Below, piece after piece: positions 53,245 to 62,025 of a DNA stretch of 64,000 nt. The DNA is from a virus, in IMG/VR virus record IMGVR_UViG_3300036759_000025, positions 1 to 64,000 of that record. One strand, written 5' to 3'. Within the stretch, counting starts at the first letter, position 1, and every line of letters begins with the position of its first letter. Under the pieces are notes generated by a model that worked only from the letters and a program-made list of their open reading frames with translations, searched no databases and had not been told where the DNA came from. The translations under genes and the position numbers were made by a program.

Positions 53245-56004
53245 ATGATGCCAACCAGTGCGTCCAAGCGCGGTTCAGGTGGGGTGAGCGGACCGTCAAC
53301 AGCCGACATGGCAAGCTCGAAGATCGAGACGACGGTTGTTGACCCCAAGGAACTGGAGAAGATGAAGAAGTCGGTGCTCGGTGTCGAGCAGGCACCGGCT
53401 CTCTCTGAGATGACACCGGACCAGAACACCTGGTCCCAGTTCCGTGATCAGCTTGGCCCGCCGTTTGACAGCGAGCGTGTCACGATGACGCAGTGCCGTC
53501 AGATCCGCAAGGACCCGATGGTTGCGTTCGGGCTGCACTACCTGAAGGTGCCGCTGGCCCGCGCCGAGTGGCACATCGACGCCTACGACAGCAGTGGTCC
53601 CAATCCACAGGTGGCCTCATTCGTGGATGCCTGCCTGCGCAAGATCTACGCTCGCTTCATCTTGCAAAGGAGCTTGGCAAAGGACTTCGGCTACCAGGGG
53701 ATGAGCAAGCGCTTCATCTGGGAGAACCCTGGCGGCTTCTACATGGACCCGAAGGCCACCGACCAGACGAAGGCGCTCAAGCCCGCCTGGGACGAGGGCG
53801 AGGTGCTGCCGATCATCTGGAAGCAGCCGGTGGCGCTGCGCCCAGAGACGACACTGCCAACCTTCGATGACAAGACCGGTGAGTTCACCGGCATCGCTTA
53901 CACGGCACCGCAGGGTGTCGGACGACGCAAGTCCACTGGAGGTGGCGCAGGGCAGGCTCAGGGCGTCCAGCAGTACGACATCTACCACTCCTACTGGGTT
54001 GCCAACATGAAGGACGACGAGCACGGGTCGATGTATGGCTACCCGCTTGTCGGCTTCGCGCGTGACTACTGGTGGGCCTACCGCTTCCTGTTCATGATGA
54101 GCAACCGGGCTTACGAACGCCTGGCGATTCCCCCGGTGCTCGCCTACCACCCGGAGGGCAGCACGCTTGTTGATGCGGAGACGCAGGAGATGCGTCCCAA
54201 TTGGGAGATTGCCCTGGAGGCTGCGGAGCGACTGCGTACCAACGCCGTGGCCGCTGTTCCCAGCACCATGGCGACCGCCGGACTCGATGCCTCTGCCACT
54301 CAACGAGAGTGGGACTTCAAGTTCATGGAGACGCCATATGAGGCGCTGACGGTCTTCAACGAGCGCTTCAACTACCTCAATGTCATGAAGCTGCGGGCTG
54401 TCTGGGTGCCCGAGCTTGCCTTCATCGGCAACGGGGTGGGTGGCAATTCGGCTGGCAACATCGCGGAGCAGATGGCCGAGATGCTGGTCGAGTCGCAGGC
54501 GTTGGAGATGGACGAGTGCGACGAGGACATCAACCGGCTGTGGATTCCGCAGCTTCTCACGCTCAACTTCCCGGACTTCATCAACAACGGCGGCGTTGCC
54601 AAGAAGGTTTCCCATGGCTTCCGCAAGGAGGATGTGGAGTTCTACAAGCAGATCATCCAGCTACTCGGGCAGACCAACCCCGAACTGCTGGCTCAGGTCG
54701 ATCTGGTGGAGGTCTTCCGGCGCATCGGAACGCCGCTGAAGTCGCCGGATGCGCTCGAAGCGGAGCGCCAGCGCCTCGCCACTCAGCAGGCCGCAGGGCA
54801 GGCCCCCGGCGTCACGCCGCAGCGCGGTGCGCTCGGCATCATCCGCAACCCCACTGCCAACGCCGGTGTCACGGGTGGCGGATCGTCGCCCAATCCGACG
54901 CCCTTCCTCAATGGCAACGCGGCTGTCGGGTTCGAGGAGCCCCCGATGGTCTACGTCTACGGCGGCGAGACGTACAGCGTGGCTGCCCAGTTCGCTGACA
55001 GCGACACCGACGAGTTCCTTGCCAACCTACCTACCAGCAAGCACTACCAGGACCGCACGATCCGGGCGCTGATGCTGCAACTGCGACGGCTCTGGCTGGG
55101 TCACTACCGCAACCTCTTCCCCGAGTTCGCAGCGCACGTCAGCCAGGTCAAGCTCGAACTGAGCGACCTGGAACTGGAGGGCGAGGAGGTCTACGATGGC
55201 AACTCGCTTTACGCGATGTTTGCCAACGGCAACAGCGCAAGTGACAAGGCACGCCGGGTCACAGCTAAGGCAGCAGACAAGGCGGCTCGTCTGCTTCTGC
55301 GCACATGGGGCCAGTCATCTGACAAGCTGGCTGAGCTACGTGACCGCTCCAAGGCGATTCTGAAGAAGGTGCTCGATCGCCAGATCATCATCGATCAGCG
55401 CGCCACCGGCCTCAAGGGCGACATGGACGCCAAGTCGGATGACATCAACGAGTTCCTGGACACCCAGGTCGGCCGACTGATCCGGCTCACCCAGGGCACG
55501 ATCAAGGACGAGCTTCGCGCGTTCCTGACACAGCAGATCAGGGAGGGCAAGAGCAGTGCCGAGATCGCGGACGAGATCCGTGCCCACTTCAGCGGCTTCG
55601 AGGGCGCGAAGGCCGATCGCGTGGCCCGCAGCGAGATCCGCGATACGGTCAACGCAGCAACCCTGTTGACAGGTGAGGCGATTGGGCTGCGCTACACCCG
55701 TGCCAGCGATGGCAACCAGTTCGATGCCGAGTGCGCCGACCGCGACGGCAAGCTGTTCACGATCCGGGAGGCGTGGCGCGAGATGCGCCGCGAGCACCCC
55801 TATGGCACGCTGGGCTTCGATCTGATCCCGAGGATCAACTTCTCGGTCCAGACGGTCAACAAGCTGCCTGACGGAGCGGGTGACGATCCGGAGATCACCG
55901 CCTGGTTTGACAGTTCGACTGACACTGCGTTCATGCTGATGGATCAGTCGCAGGAGGACAAGGACGAGTTCCTGTACTGCGTGGCCGATCTGGTGCTGTC
56001 ATGA
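53245..56004 (+). CDS. portal protein (Mu gp29/DUF935-like) fused to MuF/SPP1 gp7-like head morphogenesis domain
   Basis: 919 aa following TerL. The N-terminal IRKDPMVAFGLHYLKVPLARAEWHI...FVDACL pattern matches Mu-type portals. The C-terminal ADRVARSEIRDTVNAATL...DAECADRDGKLFT...EHPYG matches the MuF signature (a.riarTE...n.g ... C...dG ... HP). Confidence 0.65.
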   Translation: MMPTSASKRGSGGVSGPSTADMASSKIETTVVDPKELEKMKKSVLGVEQAPALSEMTPDQNTWSQFRDQLGPPFDSERVTMTQCRQIRKDPMVAFGLHYLKVPLARAEWHIDAYDSSGPNPQVASFVDACLRKIYARFILQRSLAKDFGYQGMSKRFIWENPGGFYMDPKATDQTKALKPAWDEGEVLPIIWKQPVALRPETTLPTFDDKTGEFTGIAYTAPQGVGRRKSTGGGAGQAQGVQQYDIYHSYWVANMKDDEHGSMYGYPLVGFARDYWWAYRFLFMMSNRAYERLAIPPVLAYHPEGSTLVDAETQEMRPNWEIALEAAERLRTNAVAAVPSTMATAGLDASATQREWDFKFMETPYEALTVFNERFNYLNVMKLRAVWVPELAFIGNGVGGNSAGNIAEQMAEMLVESQALEMDECDEDINRLWIPQLLTLNFPDFINNGGVAKKVSHGFRKEDVEFYKQIIQLLGQTNPELLAQVDLVEVFRRIGTPLKSPDALEAERQRLATQQAAGQAPGVTPQRGALGIIRNPTANAGVTGGGSSPNPTPFLNGNAAVGFEEPPMVYVYGGETYSVAAQFADSDTDEFLANLPTSKHYQDRTIRALMLQLRRLWLGHYRNLFPEFAAHVSQVKLELSDLELEGEEVYDGNSLYAMFANGNSASDKARRVTAKAADKAARLLLRTWGQSSDKLAELRDRSKAILKKVLDRQIIIDQRATGLKGDMDAKSDDINEFLDTQVGRLIRLTQGTIKDELRAFLTQQIREGKSSAEIADEIRAHFSGFEGAKADRVARSEIRDTVNAATLLTGEAIGLRYTRASDGNQFDAECADRDGKLFTIREAWREMRREHPYGTLGFDLIPRINFSVQTVNKLPDGAGDDPEITAWFDSSTDTAFMLMDQSQEDKDEFLYCVADLVLS

Positions 56005-56696
56005 GCGTCGAGCAGCTAGATGGCAACCTGGTGATGTTCGCCCGTGCACCGGGCCAGGTGGCTACGCAACCGCCGTCCTCTGGTGCCGTTGTCCGGCGTG
56101 GCGCAGCGTCGGGCAATCCCAACTTCGACCCGGTGACAGGCAAGTTTGCAGGAGGCAGACTGAAGGCGCTCAAGGACAAGGTGGAGGGTGGCGGTGCAGG
56201 TCGGGGTCCCCAGCAGACGGCGGCGCAGAGGGCGAACATGGACCCGGTGGCGTTCATGCGCCGCAAGGATCTCATCCGCCGTGCTGCGGCTGCCATGGAA
56301 GAGTTCACGATGACCACTGCCGGTCAGTGGTTGGAGGCGTTCGGTGTGGACGTGGCCAGCGCGAACGTGGAGCAGTTCCTTGGCGATGTCCGTCAGCAGC
56401 GCATTGACTACCTGGTTGATGCGATGCGTCCGAACCTGCGGGCGACGGTGGATGCACAGCATCAGAACCAGGTGGTCACGCTCAAGGCCCCTGCCGCTTG
56501 GACTTCTTCGACGCTCAACACGCTCACGGACGGCGAGATGCTCCAGTTGTACCAGCGGCTCGCAGGGCAGGGCTTCGACCCAGAGGACGTGCAGAAGAAC
56601 CTTGTCAAGCGAGTTCGCAACAAGAAGCGCAAGGCGGCGCTCGATCAACTGTTCGGAGAAGCAGCACCAGTACAAGGGCAACCACCAGCGCAGTAG
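56001..56696 (+). CDS. hypothetical virion-associated candidate
   Basis: 231 aa with an ATGA overlap. GNPNFDPVTGKFAGG motif near the N-terminus. KKRK tail. Confidence 0.45.
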   Translation: MSVEQLDGNLVMFARAPGQVATQPPSSGAVVRRGAASGNPNFDPVTGKFAGGRLKALKDKVEGGGAGRGPQQTAAQRANMDPVAFMRRKDLIRRAAAAMEEFTMTTAGQWLEAFGVDVASANVEQFLGDVRQQRIDYLVDAMRPNLRATVDAQHQNQVVTLKAPAAWTSSTLNTLTDGEMLQLYQRLAGQGFDPEDVQKNLVKRVRNKKRKAALDQLFGEAAPVQGQPPAQ

Positions 56697-56711
56697 GCGA
56701 GGAGACTGGTC

Positions 56712-56948
56712 ATGAAGGAGATCGGACGGCGGATCTGGTACGAACCTTCAGTGGCAATTGGACTGCTACTGACGGTGGCGATGACCGTGATCACGCTGCT
56801 CAGCGACACGACGTGGGATTGGAACACGATCCTGCTCGTCTGTGGTCCGCTACTGACCGGCTTGGGCATTCGTCCGACTGTCAAGCCGACTGCCAAGATC
56901 GATGACGAGAACGCGGCTGCGGCCCAGAAGAAGCTTCAGCCGCGATGA
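56712..56948 (+). CDS. two-TM small membrane protein (holin-like topology)
   Basis: 78 aa. Hydrophobic segments VAIGLLLTVAMTVITLL and ILLVCGPLLTGLGI, with a charged C-terminus. Confidence 0.4.
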   Translation: MKEIGRRIWYEPSVAIGLLLTVAMTVITLLSDTTWDWNTILLVCGPLLTGLGIRPTVKPTAKIDDENAAAAQKKLQPR

Positions 56949-57202
56949 GCATTCTCCCTGGATTCGAGGATCTGAAGGCGCGCGATGTGCTCTCCTTCAA
57001 CTCGGATGGCACTGTCACCGTCGTCGTGGGTGACAAGGTGGAGCGCTACCAGATGTGCGTCAACCCCACTGGCAGCTTCTCGGCGCACGCGATCCCTGCC
57101 AGGCAGCCCGATCAGGTGGAGCAGCCCAAGCGCGTTCCGGTTGCGCTACGATGGGCGACCACCGATCAAGGCGCTGCGGCCATGCAGCGTGGGGAGATGT
57201 AA
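56945..57202 (+). CDS. hypothetical small protein
   Basis: 85 aa with an ATGA overlap. Confidence 0.4.
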   Translation: MSILPGFEDLKARDVLSFNSDGTVTVVVGDKVERYQMCVNPTGSFSAHAIPARQPDQVEQPKRVPVALRWATTDQGAAAMQRGEM

Positions 57203-57499
57203 ATGGCAATCAAGCTGATACGCAACTCGAAGAACCTGCCGTGTGGTCGCTGCGGCGGGATTCACGACTTCATCACTCGGCTCAGCGATGATGCACCGTG
57301 CGACACGCCGGTTGCCTTCAGTGAGGAGATCGCCAAGCTCAACGCACGGCTTCATGCCAATGGCGATCGTGATGTCGTCAACGTGCCACATGAGCTAACC
57401 AAGCTCGTTGTCATGGATGACAGCGCCCGCAGTCTTCCTCGCACCGGCTCACAGCCGCTTCGCCTGGCACAGTTCGAGTTGATCGTGCGGTCAGCCTGA
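57203..57499 (+). CDS. hypothetical small protein (CGRCGG motif)
   Basis: 98 aa with a TAAATG junction. Confidence 0.4.
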   Translation: MAIKLIRNSKNLPCGRCGGIHDFITRLSDDAPCDTPVAFSEEIAKLNARLHANGDRDVVNVPHELTKLVVMDDSARSLPRTGSQPLRLAQFELIVRSA

Positions 57500-57609
57500 G
57501 CAACGACGACTGGGTTCGTGTCCTCGTCTGCCTCGTCTGCATCATCATCATCCTGCTCGGTGCGCTGATCCTCAGCGTGCCGGGACTGGTCGAGCAGTTG
57601 ACGATCTAG
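57496..57609 (+). CDS. 37-aa hydrophobic micro-ORF (LSNDDWVRVLVCLVCIIIILLGALILSVPGLVEQLTI), non-canonical CTG start
   Basis: It begins on CTGA, overlapping the upstream stop. It shares the S-(D/N)-(N/D)-D-W-V + TM architecture with 30251..30334. There is no ATG/GTG/TTG in this frame upstream. Confidence 0.2.
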   Translation: MSNDDWVRVLVCLVCIIIILLGALILSVPGLVEQLTI

Positions 57610-57618
57610 TGGTATGAT
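57610..57618 (+). promoter_or_regulatory. candidate extended -10 promoter (TGGTATGAT)
   Basis: TGn-TATGAT lies 35 nt upstream of ATG 57653 in a short intergenic gap. Confidence 0.3.
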
Positions 57619-57652
57619 CGCGGCTACGTTGACGACGACCGGAGGAGCTTCC

Positions 57653-58297
57653 ATGCAGTACACGCTTGATTGGGTGCGCGAACAGGTGACTCGATTGCTG
57701 GCCGACGCTGACAAGCGCGCTGGCAACGTGCGAGTGCATCCGAATGGGTTCATCCAGGTGGACCTGCTGCCAGTTGAAGAGACGTGGCACGAGAGTCACA
57801 AGCAAGGTCACAGCGGGGCGAACCTACGCCTGCACGTCTGGAACCCGCCCAACCATCAACTGCCTCGTCAGGAGACTGTCAACGAGGTTCATGACCACGT
57901 GTTCGACATGAAGTCCACCGTGGTCAAGGGTCAACTCAGCCAGTGCCTCTATGCCTTCGAGGTGGGTGCCAGCGCCGACCCGACGCACGAGCTATACCGG
58001 GCGGTCTACAACAAGTCGGCTAGCAGTCGTCTGGAACCGACTGGCATCAAGGGCAAGCTGATCCTGACCGACATGTTCGAGATCATCGAGGGTGAGCAGT
58101 ACACACAACCAGCTTTCACCCTGCATGATAGTCAGGCATTCGACACCGTGGTCACCGTGATGGAGAAGACCGAGGTCCACGAAGGCGATGCCACGGTCAT
58201 CTGCCCGATCAACACGCCACCTGACAACGAGTTCGACCGTGCCACGGCGGCGACACCAGACTTCCTGTGGGCAGCGATCGGAGCGGCTATCGCATGA
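57653..58297 (+). CDS. cupin-fold metalloprotein candidate
   Basis: ATG after GGAGGAG. VHDHVFDMKSTVVKG fits cupin motif 1 (HxH..D/E......G). GEQYTQPAFTLHDS fits motif 2 (G.....P.x..H). Confidence 0.4.
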   Translation: MQYTLDWVREQVTRLLADADKRAGNVRVHPNGFIQVDLLPVEETWHESHKQGHSGANLRLHVWNPPNHQLPRQETVNEVHDHVFDMKSTVVKGQLSQCLYAFEVGASADPTHELYRAVYNKSASSRLEPTGIKGKLILTDMFEIIEGEQYTQPAFTLHDSQAFDTVVTVMEKTEVHEGDATVICPINTPPDNEFDRATAATPDFLWAAIGAAIA

Positions 58298-58617
58298 CCG
58301 AGATCAACAACTGGCAGGGGCCAGGGATCTACGAGCACTACAAGGGTGGCTACTACGTGGCAGTCGGCTTGATACGAATCGAGCACGACGAGTCCGAGGC
58401 GGTCGCATACATGACACTCGACCCCGATCACCGGGAGGAGCAGTTCTATCGGGGCTTCCTGTTCACTGCTCGTCCGCTCAATGAGAAGGATGGGCCAGAC
58501 TGCTGGAATAGCATGGTGCTTGCTGATCCTGGTCTGTCACAGTTCACCAAGCCGCCCAAGACGCCACCGGTCCAGGAGGCCGCGATCCTGGTGCCGCGCT
58601 TCCGGAAGATCGCATGA
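58294..58617 (+). CDS. DUF1653-like protein
   Basis: ATGA overlap. GIYEHYKGGYYVAVGLIRIEHDESEAVAYMTL matches the YrHYKG..Y.v......tE...vvY pattern. Confidence 0.5.
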   Translation: MTEINNWQGPGIYEHYKGGYYVAVGLIRIEHDESEAVAYMTLDPDHREEQFYRGFLFTARPLNEKDGPDCWNSMVLADPGLSQFTKPPKTPPVQEAAILVPRFRKIA

Positions 58618-59162
58618 GCATTCTCCCCGATCACGAGATCAGTTGGCTGAGTCATTCCGATCCGCCGCTGATCAAGCCGTTCAACGAGCAACGTGTCCAG
58701 CCAGCCAGTTATGACATGACACTTGGTGACGAGATCATCACCTTCGATCGTGGTCCGATGCCACAGGTGATTGATCTTGCCAGTCCGCCCAAGGATGTTG
58801 GGCTGAAGATCAAGCTGATCGAGAACGAGTCATACCGGCTGATGCCAATGCAGTTCATCCTTGGTGTCACCCGCGAACGGATCTGTTGTCCTGCTGATAT
58901 CGCTGCCAAGCTTGATGGCAAGTCCTCGCTGGCACGCTTTGGACTGCTGATCCATGTGACAGGCGGCTTCATAGATCCCGGCTTCCGTGGACCGTTGACA
59001 CTGGAGATTTTCAACGTCTTCCCGGTGCCGATCCTGCTGCGGCCAGGGCTTCCGTTCTGCCAAGTGGGCTTCCAGAGGCTCACAGAGAGCGCATCGGTTC
59101 CATACGCTGGTCGATACCAGGACGCTGAGGGCGTCGAAGCGAGCAAGTACGACGGGAGGTAA
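58614..59162 (+). CDS. dcd: dCTP deaminase family protein
   Basis: MSILPDHEI...QPASYDMTLG...LDGKSSLARFGLLIHVTGGFIDPGFRGPLTLEIFN...PFCQVGF is a near-canonical Dcd/dUTPase-fold sequence. Confidence 0.8.
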   Translation: MSILPDHEISWLSHSDPPLIKPFNEQRVQPASYDMTLGDEIITFDRGPMPQVIDLASPPKDVGLKIKLIENESYRLMPMQFILGVTRERICCPADIAAKLDGKSSLARFGLLIHVTGGFIDPGFRGPLTLEIFNVFPVPILLRPGLPFCQVGFQRLTESASVPYAGRYQDAEGVEASKYDGR

Positions 59163-59166
59163 GCCG

Positions 59167-60231
59167 GTGCCGTATGCCGATCTCACCCAGGATGAGAAGG
59201 CTCATTGGAACGAGTTCGCCACTCTGCGCCAGATCTCCGACTGGCCGGGGTTCGATGCTGCCCAGGCCAGGCGTAGGGATGCATCACGTGCCTGGTTGGT
59301 TGACAGGCGCAAGGACATCTGGCGCAACGCACAGTCCAAGGCCAAGGGCGGCGATGGTAAGGGCTGGAGGATCAACAACCGGCGTGAACGTCATACGTTC
59401 CTGAAGGACGACAATCTCAGCAATGCCGCTCCCAAGATCGAGGTCACGCTGCCTGCCCCGAAGGGCATGACGGCTGCCGAGCGGGTTTACATCGAGGAAC
59501 GCGAGGGCTATCTGGCCTTCGCCAGCACTGCACCGAAGCAGAAGCAGCGCAAGCTCGACAACGTGAACTGGCTGGTCAAGCGGCGTAAGCAGCTTTACCA
59601 CCTGATGCAGACCGATCCCAAGAACAACAGGGCTGCCAACCGGCAGGCTCGTTACGACGCGCTCTGCATCGCCACGCACACCGGCACGGCGTACAAGAAG
59701 TGGGATGCCACCCACAACAAGTGGGGCAAGCCCAACAAGCCCGCCGAGAGCAGGCGCGCTCACTGCGTCAAGCACGCTCGCAGCTTCATCGGCGTCAACG
59801 AGCACCCGGCCGGTAGCAACAAGGGCGATCCGCATCCGAGCGACTGGCAGAAGCGCGTCATCGGCTCGGACGGCTTCGCCTGGTGCGCCTGCTTCACAAC
59901 CTGCATGGCATGGGATTCGGGCGTCCAGGGCTCAGCCACAGCCGGGGTGTTCAACAACATCGAGATGGCGAAGAGCGGACGCGGGATGTACCGTGGCTTC
60001 ACCACGGATCACCGCAAGGTCAACCCCGGCGATCACGTGGCCATCGGCTGCTCGTCCTGCCACATCGAACTGGTCGCGCGCAAGCCGACTGCCAGCGCAG
60101 TTGACACCGTTGGCGGCAACACCAGCCCCGGCTCGTCGGGCTCGCAGTTCAACGGTGGCTGCGTGGCCAATCGCACACGCTCACGCGGCGAGGTCGTCGG
60201 CTACTTGCTAGTCCGCTTCCCGGACGACTGA
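59167..60231 (+). CDS. CHAP / NlpC-P60-like peptidoglycan hydrolase (endolysin candidate)
   Basis: The C-terminal half holds FAWCACFTTCM (Cys nucleophile context), GDHVAIG..CHIELV (His) and TVGGNTSPG. The N-terminal half holds two related WLV(D/K)RRK segments. Confidence 0.55.
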   Translation: MPYADLTQDEKAHWNEFATLRQISDWPGFDAAQARRRDASRAWLVDRRKDIWRNAQSKAKGGDGKGWRINNRRERHTFLKDDNLSNAAPKIEVTLPAPKGMTAAERVYIEEREGYLAFASTAPKQKQRKLDNVNWLVKRRKQLYHLMQTDPKNNRAANRQARYDALCIATHTGTAYKKWDATHNKWGKPNKPAESRRAHCVKHARSFIGVNEHPAGSNKGDPHPSDWQKRVIGSDGFAWCACFTTCMAWDSGVQGSATAGVFNNIEMAKSGRGMYRGFTTDHRKVNPGDHVAIGCSSCHIELVARKPTASAVDTVGGNTSPGSSGSQFNGGCVANRTRSRGEVVGYLLVRFPDD

Positions 60232-60247
60232 CAACTAGGAGGACAAA

Positions 60248-60487
60248 GTGACAGAGGAACGCGGCTCGGATGCCATGCTGGAGAAGCAGATCGAGGAGTC
60301 CGGAGAGGACATCGATCTCAACCGTGCGATGATCGAGGAGGGGATGGAGCAGGCCGCAGAGGAGGAGCGCTTCGATCACGCCGAGGAAGCGGACGACGGC
60401 GAGGACGGTGAGCCGGATGACACTGACCCGCCCGAGGACGAGGAGCACGACGAGTTCGATCCGCTGCCCCCGGAGACGGACGTTTAG
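60248..60487 (+). CDS. small hyper-acidic protein
   Basis: 79 aa with SD TAGGAGGA. EEERFDHAEEADDGEDGEPDDTDPPEDEEHDEFD. Confidence 0.5.
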   Translation: MTEERGSDAMLEKQIEESGEDIDLNRAMIEEGMEQAAEEERFDHAEEADDGEDGEPDDTDPPEDEEHDEFDPLPPETDV

Positions 60488-60491
60488 CAAC

Positions 60492-60758
60492 ATGGCTGTC
60501 TACTGCGGAAGCTGCGCAAGGCACCGCGACTTGCCCCGCAGTGCTGTCAGGGTGAGTTCGGAGCCTTGCCAGTTCTGCGGTGGCTACGAGTCACAGACCA
60601 CTCGACGGCGCGTTGGTCGCAACAAGGACCGTGTGCTGCAAGAGACAATCAGATTGAACAACTTCGACTACCCCGATCGCTTGATCAACTCCATGCCTGG
60701 CAGCTTTGAAGCGCAGGCGCACAAGGAGTACGAGGGGATGGATGTGGGGGACGGCTAA
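60492..60758 (+). CDS. small zinc-ribbon protein
   Basis: ATG 60492 product MAVYCGSCARH...CQFCGG (CxxC...CxxC). 88 aa. Confidence 0.45.
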   Translation: MAVYCGSCARHRDLPRSAVRVSSEPCQFCGGYESQTTRRRVGRNKDRVLQETIRLNNFDYPDRLINSMPGSFEAQAHKEYEGMDVGDG

Positions 60759-61354
60759 TGGGTGATGGCATGACACGTGAAGTGACCCGGCACGACTACC
60801 TGGATGACAACCACAAGCTCAACCCCACCGTCGAGGCAGGCGTTGTCAATGCGCTTGCTAGGGAGTGCTGGGAGACGAGCGAGGCCCACGGCTTCCATGA
60901 GGACTGGGACGCCGCCGACTGGCTGGAGGCGCTGGCCGACTATCTCGACAAGGAGGAGCGCTTCACGACCGACAAGACGGTCATCATGGGCTGGGACAAG
61001 GCCAACTCGCTGCCTGACGGCGTTCCCATCCCTCATGTCAGCACCGTCGAGGGCCTGCGCCAAGTCGCTCAGATCCTCCGTACCAACATCCTGGGCATGA
61101 AGCTGATGCTCACCGTGTCCGAACTGGGCGAGGCCCTGGAGGCGCTGCGCGATGTCGGCGCGGCCGGTCTGCTCCAGCCGAGGGACTTCAACGTCGATGT
61201 CAAGGCGGCTGACAACTTCGGGGAGGAGTTGGCCGACGCCAAGATCCGCATCGATGACCTGTCCGGCTACGTCAAGCTCGCCATCGGGGACGCTCAGGTG
61301 GCCAAGATGGCAATCAACAAGGACCGTCCGCACAAGCACGGGAGGGTTGTGTAA
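60758..61354 (+). CDS. MazG-like nucleotide pyrophosphohydrolase
   Basis: ECWETSEAHGF..., LTVSELGEALEALRD and FGEELADAKIRIDDLSGY match the MazG EExxE / EElaD helices. Confidence 0.5.
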   Translation: MGDGMTREVTRHDYLDDNHKLNPTVEAGVVNALARECWETSEAHGFHEDWDAADWLEALADYLDKEERFTTDKTVIMGWDKANSLPDGVPIPHVSTVEGLRQVAQILRTNILGMKLMLTVSELGEALEALRDVGAAGLLQPRDFNVDVKAADNFGEELADAKIRIDDLSGYVKLAIGDAQVAKMAINKDRPHKHGRVV

Positions 61355-61551
61355 TGCCGCTTGCCGGTGATCGGCTCCAGCACCTCATCTCGCAGAAGGA
61401 TGTGATCGGCGGCGCGCAGTACCCCGAGGGGTGGGCAATCGTGGACGGTGCGTTGATCATCTACGACTTCGACAACCCACCGCACTGGTTCCCCCAGGAC
61501 CGTGACGAGAACGGCAACACACCGGAGTTCGTGGCAGCCCAGGAGCCCTGA
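61354..61551 (+). CDS. hypothetical small protein
   Basis: 65 aa with a TAATG junction. Confidence 0.4.
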   Translation: MPLAGDRLQHLISQKDVIGGAQYPEGWAIVDGALIIYDFDNPPHWFPQDRDENGNTPEFVAAQEP

Positions 61552-61805
61552 TGGCTCACAAGATCAAGCTGATTTACCCCGGTTCTGAGCCGGGAGCGGT
61601 CGAGATCATCGAGGTCTGGACCGATGGGCCGCACGCCCTCGCCGGTCACGTGCTCGATGCCATGTTCGGTATGTATGGGCCACGACCCACGACCGATGCT
61701 GACATTCAGCGGATGCTGCCGATCAGGATGGAGATCACTCCCAACTCACCAGATACACCCGAGGTCGCCATGCAACCACGACCAGGAGAGGAACATGGAA
61801 GCTGA
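61551..61805 (+). CDS. hypothetical small protein
   Basis: 84 aa with a TGATG junction. Confidence 0.4.
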   Translation: MAHKIKLIYPGSEPGAVEIIEVWTDGPHALAGHVLDAMFGMYGPRPTTDADIQRMLPIRMEITPNSPDTPEVAMQPRPGEEHGS

Positions 61806-62025
61806 CACACGTCCGCTGTCGGAGAAGCTGGCCGACTACCGCGACACCACCGAGCTTGTCAGCGTGATCGATCTCCGCAATGGCTCGGAGTTCCGCATCA
61901 TTGGCAATGCGCATGACATCGAGCGTGTGCGCGCTGCCTGCAAGGCGCAGATGAAGCGGATCGAGAGCGACAAACTGGACCCGAGTGACAGGTTCACTGT
62001 CGTGGTTCCAGCCCGTGAGAACTAG
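61795..62025 (+). CDS. hypothetical small protein
   Basis: ATG after GGAGAGGAAC. 76 aa. Confidence 0.4.
   Translation: MEADTRPLSEKLADYRDTTELVSVIDLRNGSEFRIIGNAHDIERVRAACKAQMKRIESDKLDPSDRFTVVVPAREN

Noticed and set aside
56945-58627. Identical 14-nt gene starts ATGAGCATTCTCCC at 56945 and 58614 (both MSILP...).
   Set aside because: The identity does not extend on either side and the proteins are otherwise unrelated. A few chance 14-mer matches are expected in 64 kb counting both strands.
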